From Robiginitomaculum sp. (GTDB taxonomy: Bacteria; Pseudomonadota; Alphaproteobacteria; Caulobacterales; Maricaulaceae), in assembly GCA_002733485.1 (NCBI GenBank), contig NVVU01000004.1:26836-76432 (forward strand): a stretch of DNA of 49,597 bases. Direction: 5' to 3'. The notes below the pieces were generated by a model, which had not been told where the DNA came from, did no database searches, and was given only the letters and a program-made list of their open reading frames with translations. Positions 1 to 8,099 of this stretch are shown here, one piece after another. Both the position numbers and the translations under genes were made by a program. How positions within the stretch are numbered: the stretch's first letter is position 1; the number at the start of each line of letters is the position of its first letter.

Positions 1-748
1 TGATAATTTCATCCATCACCCGCTTTGTCATGGCTGCATCCATTTGTGCCACCGGCGAAAATGCCCCCATGCCGCCGGTATTGGGCCCCTGATCACCATC
101 CAGCACGCGTTTATGGTCCTGCACCGCGATCAATGGCAGCACGGTTTTTCCATCGCTGAGCGCAAAAAATGAAGCCTCTACCCCATGCATAAATTCTTCA
201 ATCACCAGAGTTTGCGAGGCCGCGCCAAACTGTCCATCCAGCATGGATGTGGCGGCCCGGACGGCCTCTGCCAACGTATCGGTAATCACCACGCCCTTGC
301 CTGCGGCCAGACCATCGGCTTTCAGCACATAAGGGGCCGCCAGCGTCTGTAAAAACGCCTCGGCCTCCCCTGGCGTTGTGACCACTTTATAGGCTGCCGT
401 GGGAATGGCATGGCGGGCGCAAAAGGCCTTGGTAAAGGCTTTGGAGCCTTCCAGCTCAGCCGCCGCCGCCATCGGGCCAAAGACGGCCATGCCCTTTTCG
501 CGCAATTTGTCGGCCAGACCGGCGGCCAGCGGCACTTCGGGTCCGATGACCACCAGATCGGGGCACTCTTTCTCAGCCAGAGTCATCAATGCCGGCACAT
601 CTTCGGTGTCCACCGGCACGCACCGGCCCAGTTTTGCCAGCCCCGGATTACCCGGGGCGCTGATGAGTGCATCCACCAGCGGGCTTTGCATTATCTTCCA
701 GCCCAGCGCATGTTCGCGCCCGCCGCCACCAATCAGCAGAACTTTCAT
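1..748 (-). CDS. purD: Phosphoribosylamine-glycine ligase, 5' part (runs off the left edge)
   Basis: Manual translation from ATG 748: MKVLLIGGGGREHAL...APGNPG...VIGPEVPL...ELEGSKAFTKAF, all GARS motifs. GGAGG-like RBS upstream. Not in the ORF track because its stop lies outside the window. Confidence 0.95.
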   Translation of the reverse strand, partial: MKVLLIGGGGREHALGWKIMQSPLVDALISAPGNPGLAKLGRCVPVDTEDVPALMTLAEKECPDLVVIGPEVPLAAGLADKLREKGMAVFGPMAAAAELEGSKAFTKAFCARHAIPTAAYKVVTTPGEAEAFLQTLAAPYVLKADGLAAGKGVVITDTLAEAVRAATSMLDGQFGAASQTLVIEEFMHGVEASFFALSDGKTVLPLIAVQDHKRVLDGDQGPNTGGMGAFSPVAQMDAAMTKRVMDEII

Positions 749-809
749 CTGTTTCCTCCCGCCCAGCTTGCGTATACTGGCGGAGACCACCTTATTAGGA
801 TTCGCGAAT

Positions 810-2228
810 TTGTCAGACCCGTCCCCATCAAATGCCCATGAATTTACCGTTTCCGAACTGGCCGGGGCGCTAAAGCGTACGGTCGAGGAAAATTACGGCC
901 ATGTGCGCGTTCGCGGCGAGCTGGGCCGAGTGGTCATTGCCCGTTCCGGCCATGTCTATATGGATCTGAAAGATGATCGCGCGGTGATCGCCTCCATCGT
1001 CTGGAAAGGGGTGGCCTCACGCCTGCGCTTTGCCCCCGAGGAAGGTCTGGAAGTGATCGCCGAGGGGCGACTATCCACCTATCCCGGCCGCTCGCAATAC
1101 CAGCTGATTATCGAGAGCATGGAACCTGCCGGGGCCGGGGCGTTGATGGCGCTGTTGGAAGAGCGCCGCAAGAAATTTCAGGCTGAGGGCCTGTTTGACG
1201 AAGCTCACAAAAAGCCCCTGCCGTTTCTACCCAAAACCATCGGCGTTATCACCTCGCCCACCGGCGCGGTGATTCGCGACATATTGCACCGGCTGCGTGA
1301 TCGCTTTCCCCGACATGTGCTTTTATGGCCGGTGCTGGTACAGGGCGAAAAAGCTGCCAAACAGATCAGCGCCGCCATTAATGGCTTTAACACCATTGAC
1401 CCGGGCGGACCTGTGCCCCGGCCGGACCTGCTGATCGTGGCTCGCGGCGGTGGATCGATTGAGGATTTATGGGCGTTTAACGAGGAAAACGTGGTCCGCG
1501 CTGCGGCCCGCTCAGATATTCCGCTGATCTCGGCCGTGGGCCATGAAACCGACTGGACGCTGATCGATTATGTCTCTGACCGGCGCGCGCCCACCCCGAC
1601 GGGGGCCGCCGAAATTGCCGTGCCGGTCCGCACCGAACTGCTGGGCACACTGCAAAGCCACCATACCCGTCTGGCCGGAGCGATGATGCGCCTGACCGGG
1701 CGCAAGGAAACCGAGCTGCGCGCCGCCGCCCGTGGTCTGCCGCGCCCTGAGGATTTGCTGGGCGTGCTTTCGCAGCGCTTTGATTTTGCTGCCGAACGGC
1801 TGATGCGAGCTTTGCAGACCGGGCTGGATGCCCGCCGTGAACGGCTTATCTCTATTGCCGGCAGGTTACGCCCGCAACATTTGGGCAATGATGTACAAAG
1901 GCGCAGTGATGCCCTTAAGCGTTTGGGCACCCGGGCCAAGATTGCCTATTCGCGCGGCATTGCCGAACGCGAACGCCGCCTGGCCAGCGCTGCACAGCTA
2001 TTACGGTCCTTGTCACATGAAGGGGTATTGGCGCGTGGCTTTGCCCTGGTGCTGCGCCCGGATGGCACCTTGGTACGCCAGGGGGCGGAATTGCAAACCG
2101 GTGAAGCCGTGAACTTACAATTCGCCGATGCCAAACGCGCAGCACGCATTGAAAACGGCACCAAAAAGCCAGCGCCCAAAAAACGAAAAGCCCCCATGCC
2201 CCCATCCGGGCAAGGATCTTTATTTTAG
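810..2228 (+). CDS. xseA: Exodeoxyribonuclease VII large subunit
   Basis: EFTVSEL, SGHVYMDLKD, GVITSPTGAVIRDI, ARGGGSIEDLWAFNEE, SAVGHETD, RAPTPTGAAE. Start moved to TTG 810 (AGGA at 797-800); the longer track ORF overlaps purD antisense. Confidence 0.95.
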   Translation: MSDPSPSNAHEFTVSELAGALKRTVEENYGHVRVRGELGRVVIARSGHVYMDLKDDRAVIASIVWKGVASRLRFAPEEGLEVIAEGRLSTYPGRSQYQLIIESMEPAGAGALMALLEERRKKFQAEGLFDEAHKKPLPFLPKTIGVITSPTGAVIRDILHRLRDRFPRHVLLWPVLVQGEKAAKQISAAINGFNTIDPGGPVPRPDLLIVARGGGSIEDLWAFNEENVVRAAARSDIPLISAVGHETDWTLIDYVSDRRAPTPTGAAEIAVPVRTELLGTLQSHHTRLAGAMMRLTGRKETELRAAARGLPRPEDLLGVLSQRFDFAAERLMRALQTGLDARRERLISIAGRLRPQHLGNDVQRRSDALKRLGTRAKIAYSRGIAERERRLASAAQLLRSLSHEGVLARGFALVLRPDGTLVRQGAELQTGEAVNLQFADAKRAARIENGTKKPAPKKRKAPMPPSGQGSLF

Positions 2229-2539
2229 ACCAGCCGAAAACGGCGGGTATCAAAAACTTTCAAAACCGTTGAGAGATCTTTGCCACGTTTCAAGATTTGA
2301 TTGCCCGGGGCCAGCACCTGATACTGTCCTTGACGATGCAAAAGCGCCGGGATTTTTTCCACCCGATAGAGCGGCAATTCGCTGGCATGGCGGAAAATGG
2401 AAAATACCGCCCGGTCCCGCAGCGAATCAATAGCGTAATCACGCCACTCCCCCGCCGCTACCATGCGCCCATAGAGCGCCATAATGACCGTCAGTTCTGG
2501 ACGGTTAAAATGAATGGGGGCGGCGGTGATGCGATTCAC
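2225..2539 (-). CDS. DUF2794-family protein
   Basis: F.R.EL..I..LYGRMVAAGEWRDYAID...AVFSIFR..SE.PLYRVEK pattern, recalled as the alphaproteobacterial DUF2794 family. Confidence 0.85.
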   Translation of the reverse strand: MNRITAAPIHFNRPELTVIMALYGRMVAAGEWRDYAIDSLRDRAVFSIFRHASELPLYRVEKIPALLHRQGQYQVLAPGNQILKRGKDLSTVLKVFDTRRFRLV

Positions 2540-2656
2540 ACGATAATCCGATGCTAAAAACGAATCTTTTTTCTATTATTACAGCGAATTTAGACAAAAC
2601 CACAAAACCGCCACATTTCGGACCTGAACGCGCCCCATCCGGGCACCATCTTGCAC

Positions 2657-2746
2657 TTGTCGGTTCGGCGCAGCAGTAACGCCCGCCCTGGTTTCCAGAC
2701 AGCCCCCCCAGCCCCCCCGGGACAGGTGGCCGCCTCGAACCGACAA
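2657..2746 (+). ncRNA. Candidate structured small RNA with C-rich loop
   Basis: Perfect 11-bp closing inverted repeat TTGTCGGTTCG (2657-2667) / CGAACCGACAA (2736-2746), inner pairings CCTG/CAGG and GCC/GGC, and a loop with tandem AGCCCCCCC. Intergenic; strand inferred. Confidence 0.5.
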
Positions 2747-2808
2747 CCCTCTTCCTCTCTTATCATTTCAGACTTGCGTCATGGGCCAAACTGGCAAACC
2801 ATGGCTCT

Positions 2809-3498
2809 ATGCTGGAAGTTCATCACCTTGAGAAATCCTTTGCCGATAATCCGGCCTTAAGACAAGTGTCTTTTAGCGCTGATAAAGGTGAAATTGTTGC
2901 GCTGGTTGGCCGCAATGGCGCCGGTAAATCCACTTTGATGCGCCTGATCGCCGGATGCCTGATGCCTGACTCGGGCGAAATCCTCCTCTCGGATGATATG
3001 CGCATTGGATATTTGCCAGAAGGCGCGCCCCTCTATGATGAACTGACACCCCGGGCCTGCCTTGATTTTGTTATTGGCGCCCATGGTATAAAAGGTGCGG
3101 CCCGGCGTAAGCGCGTAAAGGAAAGCCTGGAAAAGCTGGACCTGACCGACCATGCGGATCAGGTCCTGAACACCCTTTCCAAAGGCTATCAACGCCGCAC
3201 AGCCCTGGGCATGGCATTGGCCCCCGAACCACATTTGCTGATTTTAGACGAGCCGTTTGATGGCTTTGATCCCATCCAGAAACATGCCGCCGTGAATTTG
3301 CTAAAATCCATTAGCCCCAACACCCTGATCCTGATCAGCACGCACTCCTTAAAAGATGCAGAGCGCCTGTGCAGTCGCATGATCGTTATAGAGAACGGAC
3401 GGATTAGCGCGGATACCTCTCCCAAAGCCCTGCTAAAGGAAACCGGCACAGACACACTGGATGCAGCCTTTCGTCGTCTTGTCGGAGGGACGGTATGA
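2809..3498 (+). CDS. ABC transporter ATP-binding protein (GldA-like)
   Basis: Walker A GRNGAGKS, signature LSKGYQRR, Walker B LLILDE, H-loop STH; ATGA overlap with the downstream permease. Confidence 0.9.
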   Translation: MLEVHHLEKSFADNPALRQVSFSADKGEIVALVGRNGAGKSTLMRLIAGCLMPDSGEILLSDDMRIGYLPEGAPLYDELTPRACLDFVIGAHGIKGAARRKRVKESLEKLDLTDHADQVLNTLSKGYQRRTALGMALAPEPHLLILDEPFDGFDPIQKHAAVNLLKSISPNTLILISTHSLKDAERLCSRMIVIENGRISADTSPKALLKETGTDTLDAAFRRLVGGTV

Positions 3499-5822
3499 GT
3501 GGATTTATCGCTCTTTTGCGCAAGGATTTACGGCTGGCCTTTGCCAGACCCGCCACCTACGCTTTTGTCTGCCTCTTTGCCTTAAGCGCGATGGCCCTGA
3601 CCTTTTACCCGGGCCGGTTTTTTGATGCCAATCGCGCCGATTTGAGCATTTTGTTTTCGACCCTGCCCTGGTTTTTTGCAATTTTTACACCTGCGCTGGT
3701 GATGGACACATTAAGCTATGAACGGCGCGCCAAAACGGCTGAGCTGCTCTATGCCCTGCCCCTGCGATCGGCCCAGATTATCGTGTCCAAATGGCTAAGC
3801 CTCTGGCTGATCTGCCTTTTTGCCCTTGGCCTGACCACAAGTTTATGGATCAGCATTAGCTGGCTTGGAAGCCCCGATCACGGGGCCATCCTCGCCGGTT
3901 ATCTGGGCGCGGCCTTGATGGCCGCAAGCGCGTGCGCCATCTCGCTTTTGGTCACGGCACGAACCAATAGCCAAATTCTGGCCTTTTTAAGTGCCCTTGT
4001 GGCCAATATTGCCCTGACCATAGGGGCCTTGCCCGCCGTGAACGGCCTCCTTCCTGATCTGGCGCGTATGCTGGCTGATTTTTCCGTACCCGTACACCAG
4101 ACGCATTTTATACGCGGGGTGATCAGCCTCTCTGATGTGGTTTTCTTTCTCTCGCTTACGCTTTTTGGCCTTTATGGGGCTAGCGTCTTATGGAAACCCG
4201 TGCGGGGCACCACTTATCGGCTTGGGCTTGCGCTCCTTGCCCTCTTGGCCCTGAACACTCTGGCCACAACCAAGCCAGCGCGTGCCATCCGCGCTGACCT
4301 GACCGCCGAGCACCTTTACACGCTCAGTCCCGCCGCAAAACGCATAATTGGCGCGCAGGAAAAGCCGATCCAATGGACATTTTATTATTCAAGAAAACTG
4401 GCCGCGCAATACCCAGACATTCGCACTTATGGAGCACGGGTCGAAGAAACCCTGCAAAGCCTTGCGAGTGCCTCCAAAGGAAAAATTCACCTGCGCATGA
4501 TCGATCCACATAGTGACACCCCTGAAGAGGATCAGGCCCTGGAGGCAGGGCTGGAGGCTATTCCCACGGACCGTGGCGAGCCTTTGTATTTTGGGCTGGT
4601 CAATGAAGAGCGGGCCGTCATCAAACGCTTTGATCCGCAACGGGAAAATACTCTGGAATATGATCTGGTACGGGCTTTAAGCGCCCAAAAAATGGTCAAA
4701 CCCCGCCTTAGCCTTCTGGATGGCATTGATCTGGCGGGGCGAGACTGGTTTGTCACCGGGCGCAAGGAAAGTCTGCTCTACCGCCTGTTAACCGAGCACT
4801 ACGATGTCACCGTGTTGGACCAGAACTTCACCCTTGATGATCTGGAAGGCAGCATCGCCATTCTGGTTCACCCCCCGGCCCTTAACCGGGATCAGGATCA
4901 GGCGCTTAGCGATTTTATTGCCAAAAATGGCCGCGCCATTATATTTCTTGACCCCTATAGCGAGGCTTCGGCCCGCCCGGCCTTAAATGGCCTGCCAAAG
5001 AAAAACGCTTTGATGGCCTCTGCGGCCCCCGGGTTTTTACTGGATAAGAACTTTGGCTGGACCAGCAATCAGGTGGTCCTGGATCGTGATAATGCCATGC
5101 CAATTGAACGCCGCCAAAACGGACAGACACGCACCCTGCGCCAACCCGCCTGGATTGGCCTTGGCACGGCGAATTTGTCGGCGGAGAATCCACTTACTGC
5201 TCATTTAGGGCGCGGCCTGGTTCTGGCCAGTGCCTGTGCCCTGACCCGCACACAAAATGCGGGCTGGGCTCCTTTGATCACCACCAGCACCAATAGCGCC
5301 CGTATAGAGGCACAGGATTTTGCCGCCGACCCGGACCCACAAGCGCTGATGCGCGACCCGGCCTCTTTGGGCAAACGAGAATGGCTGGCGGCGGTCAAAG
5401 ATGGCATCATCGTCATTTGCGATGCCGATATGCTGGACGATGATTTTTACGTACAAGATGATCCGGTGTTTGGTTCCCGTGCACAGGCAGACAATGCCGA
5501 CTTTCTTCTCAACGCCCTTGACTGGCTAAACGCCGATACGGCGCTGCTGGCCTTGCGGGCGCGCAACACCCTGCCCAGAGGCCTAAACCGTATTGATGGT
5601 ATGCGGGCCGCTGCCCAAGCGCAGTTAAGAAAAGCAGAGGCAGAATGGCAATCTACCGCCACGCCCGAAGCCCGACTGGCCTTGCGTTCTGTCCGACAGA
5701 CGTTTCGCCGTCAGATTGGCCGCATCGAAATGGTCTTACAGGCCATCAATATCTGGCTGGTGCCGCTGTCTTTCTTCCTTATCGGCGGGCTTTATACCCT
5801 GTGGCGACGGCGGCAGTTTTAA
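3495..5822 (+). CDS. Fused ABC-2 permease (GldF-like) plus ABC auxiliary component (GldG-like)
   Basis: The first ~235 aa are a multi-TM permease (ERRAKTAELLYALP, IVSKW, RGVISLSDVVFF). This is followed by RADLT..LYTLS, LEYDL, NADFLLNALDWL and a C-terminal TM helix typical of GldG-family proteins. Confidence 0.8.
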   Translation: MSGFIALLRKDLRLAFARPATYAFVCLFALSAMALTFYPGRFFDANRADLSILFSTLPWFFAIFTPALVMDTLSYERRAKTAELLYALPLRSAQIIVSKWLSLWLICLFALGLTTSLWISISWLGSPDHGAILAGYLGAALMAASACAISLLVTARTNSQILAFLSALVANIALTIGALPAVNGLLPDLARMLADFSVPVHQTHFIRGVISLSDVVFFLSLTLFGLYGASVLWKPVRGTTYRLGLALLALLALNTLATTKPARAIRADLTAEHLYTLSPAAKRIIGAQEKPIQWTFYYSRKLAAQYPDIRTYGARVEETLQSLASASKGKIHLRMIDPHSDTPEEDQALEAGLEAIPTDRGEPLYFGLVNEERAVIKRFDPQRENTLEYDLVRALSAQKMVKPRLSLLDGIDLAGRDWFVTGRKESLLYRLLTEHYDVTVLDQNFTLDDLEGSIAILVHPPALNRDQDQALSDFIAKNGRAIIFLDPYSEASARPALNGLPKKNALMASAAPGFLLDKNFGWTSNQVVLDRDNAMPIERRQNGQTRTLRQPAWIGLGTANLSAENPLTAHLGRGLVLASACALTRTQNAGWAPLITTSTNSARIEAQDFAADPDPQALMRDPASLGKREWLAAVKDGIIVICDADMLDDDFYVQDDPVFGSRAQADNADFLLNALDWLNADTALLALRARNTLPRGLNRIDGMRAAAQAQLRKAEAEWQSTATPEARLALRSVRQTFRRQIGRIEMVLQAINIWLVPLSFFLIGGLYTLWRRRQF

Positions 5823-5840
5823 GGGAAATGCAAAAGCGCC

Positions 5841-7739
5841 TTATTGGCAGGCCAGGCATTCCTCATAGTCCGTCGGGGCGACCATCTCTACGACGTCGTC
5901 TTTTTTGTCGTCCTTGGTGCCATTGGCAAAGGCCGTGCGCTGCACAGATTTTGAGCGGCAGTAATAAAGCGATTTGACGCCCTTTTCCCAGGCCGACCAA
6001 TGCAGCATGTGTAGGTCCCATTTACTGACATCGCCTGGCAAAAAGACATTGACCGATTGCGACTGGCAGATGAAGGGCGAGCGATCCGCCGCATGTTCAA
6101 TGATCCAGCGCTGATCCACCTCAAAGGCGGTGCGGAACAATTCTTTTTCACTGTCGCTGAGCACATCAAGATGCTGAATCGATCCTTCATGCTCCAATAT
6201 GGAGCTCCAGGTTTCCTGAGTGTTGGCACCTTTTTCTTCCAGCAGGCGCTCCAATTGCGCATTGCGCACCGTGAACGAACCGGACAGGGTTTTATGGGTG
6301 TAAATATTGGCTGGGATCGGCTCGATCCCAGCCGACGTACCCCCACAAATGATCGAGATGGAGGCGGTGGGCGCAACGGCCATTTTATGCGAGAAACGCG
6401 CTTTCAATCCGGCATCTTCGGCATCGGGACAGGCCCCGCGCTCTTCGGCCAGCTTAACCGAAGCGGCATCAGCCCCACGGCGAATATGTTTGAAGATTTG
6501 CAAATTCCACGACTTGGCCAGAGCCGACTCAAAAGGCGCATTTTGCGACTGTAAAAAGGAGTGAAAGCCCATCAGACCAAGGCCAACCGAGCGCTCACGC
6601 TGCGCCGAATAAACGGCGCGGTCCATCGCGCTAGGGGCGGTGTCGATAAATTCCTGCAGGACATTATCCAAAAAGCGATAAATGTCCTCAATAAAGTTTT
6701 CATCCTCGCGCCATTCCAGAAACTTCTCGGCGTTTAGCGAGCTGAGGCAACACACCGCCGTGCGCTCTTTGCCCAAATGATCTGGCCCGGTGTGCAGCAT
6801 AATTTCGGCACACAGATTTGACTGCTTAACACTCAGCCCCAGATCACGCTGGTGCTTGGGCATGGCCCGGTTCACCGTGTCAGAAAAAATAATGTACGGC
6901 TCGCCGGTCTGCACACGCATTTCCAGCAGTTTTTGCCAAAGCGCCCGAGCATTGACCGACTTTACCGGCTCGCCGGTTTTGGGGCTTAAAAGGTCAAAAT
7001 CAGTATCATCACGCACCGCTTCCATAAAGGCGTCGGTGATAGTAATGCCATGATGCAGGTTCAGGGACTTGCGGTTAAAATCGCCGGACGGTTTGCGAAT
7101 CACCAGAAATTCTTCAATCTCCGGGTGATGAATATCCAGATATACCGCCGCAGAGCCGCGACGCAGTGAGCCTTGTGAAATCGCCAGTGTCAGCGAATCC
7201 ATAACCCGGACAAACGGGATGATGCCCGCCGTGTGCCCTTTTTCGCCGACTTTTTCCCCTATTGAGCGGACCCGGCCCCAATAGGTGCCAATACCGCCGC
7301 CATTCGAGGCCAACCAGACATTCTCGTTCCAGGTTTCCACGATGCCATCCAGCGAATCGCTGACAGAATTCAAAAAGCAGGAAATCGGCAGACCACGCTT
7401 GGCCCCGCCATTGGACAGAACCGGGGTTGCCGGCATGAACCACAAATCAGACATATAACTATAAAGACGCTGGGCATGGGCCAGATCATCGCCATAGGTC
7501 ATGGCCACACGGGCAAACATGTCCTGATAGCTTTCCCCGGGCAAAAGATAGCGGTCGCGCAAAGTGGTTTTACCAAATTCGGTCAATTTGTCGTCTTTGG
7601 AATGGTCCAGATTGATGCCTTTTACAACGCGCAGGCACGCCTTTTCCGTCGCAGTTTTACGCGACGCAATGTCTGCGGAAACGCCCGCAAACCCTTTGGT
7701 CATTTCAGTTTTCTTGGTCGCTGGCATTGTCTTGTTCAT
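5841..7739 (-). CDS. nrdA: Class I ribonucleoside-diphosphate reductase alpha subunit (no apparent ATP cone)
   Basis: PATPVLSN, PISCF, SNLCAEI (thiyl Cys), AVCCLSS, APTASIS, KSLYYCRS (Tyr pair), C-terminal CLAC. Start moved to ATG 7739 after a GGGGA RBS. Confidence 0.92.
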   Translation of the reverse strand: MNKTMPATKKTEMTKGFAGVSADIASRKTATEKACLRVVKGINLDHSKDDKLTEFGKTTLRDRYLLPGESYQDMFARVAMTYGDDLAHAQRLYSYMSDLWFMPATPVLSNGGAKRGLPISCFLNSVSDSLDGIVETWNENVWLASNGGGIGTYWGRVRSIGEKVGEKGHTAGIIPFVRVMDSLTLAISQGSLRRGSAAVYLDIHHPEIEEFLVIRKPSGDFNRKSLNLHHGITITDAFMEAVRDDTDFDLLSPKTGEPVKSVNARALWQKLLEMRVQTGEPYIIFSDTVNRAMPKHQRDLGLSVKQSNLCAEIMLHTGPDHLGKERTAVCCLSSLNAEKFLEWREDENFIEDIYRFLDNVLQEFIDTAPSAMDRAVYSAQRERSVGLGLMGFHSFLQSQNAPFESALAKSWNLQIFKHIRRGADAASVKLAEERGACPDAEDAGLKARFSHKMAVAPTASISIICGGTSAGIEPIPANIYTHKTLSGSFTVRNAQLERLLEEKGANTQETWSSILEHEGSIQHLDVLSDSEKELFRTAFEVDQRWIIEHAADRSPFICQSQSVNVFLPGDVSKWDLHMLHWSAWEKGVKSLYYCRSKSVQRTAFANGTKDDKKDDVVEMVAPTDYEECLACQ

Positions 7740-7849
7740 TCGCGTTCCATCCCCGGATTTAGGCATAAATTGCCCCTGTACGTGCCAGGCCCCAGCCCTG
7801 CGCGCGTCGTCGACTGTTTCTCTCAGAATTGTCAGGAATTTCGCCCCTG

Positions 7850-7897
7850 ACACCACATATAGTGTTTCGCTTCGCACAAAGGGTCAATATGTAGAAA
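7850..7897. promoter_or_regulatory. Tandem NrdR boxes
   Basis: ACACCACATATAGTGT (7850-7865) and GGTCAATATGTAGAAA (7882-7897) match acaCwAtATaTwGtgt, 32 bp apart, upstream of nrdA. Confidence 0.85.
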
Positions 7898-7918
7898 GAA
7901 AGAAAAATGCTTTTTTTC

Positions 7919-7933
7919 TTAACAAGTCCTTAA
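7919..7933. promoter_or_regulatory. CtrA-binding site
   Basis: TTAA-CAAGTCC-TTAA is an exact TTAA-N7-TTAA, upstream of nrdA. Confidence 0.6.
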
Positions 7934-8014
7934 GCGGCGAAAATTGCTTGATAAATTCTTTACATTTTCCGCATGCCCTGTCAGCCAAAATCCTGACTGC
8001 TCACACAGGATTTC

Positions 8015-8044
8015 TGGGGATAAGCTGTGAACATTTATGGAAAG
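8015..8044. promoter_or_regulatory. Phased DnaA-box-like sites
   Basis: TGGGGATAA (8015, one mismatch to TGTGGATAA), TGTGAACAT (8026) and TATGGAAAG (8036), in the same orientation and 10-11 bp apart. Confidence 0.45.
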
Positions 8045-8099
8045 CCAAGCGTTACCAGACGCTTGGCAAAACCAACCTGAATTTCCAGTTTTCTGCGTA

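Noticed and set aside
399..809. Long N-terminal extension of XseA in the ORF track
   Set aside because: Mostly antisense shadow of purD; XseA similarity starts near TTG 810, which has its own RBS.
7740..7877. Extended nrdA N-terminus
   Set aside because: It would run through an NrdR box; the downstream ATG has an RBS.
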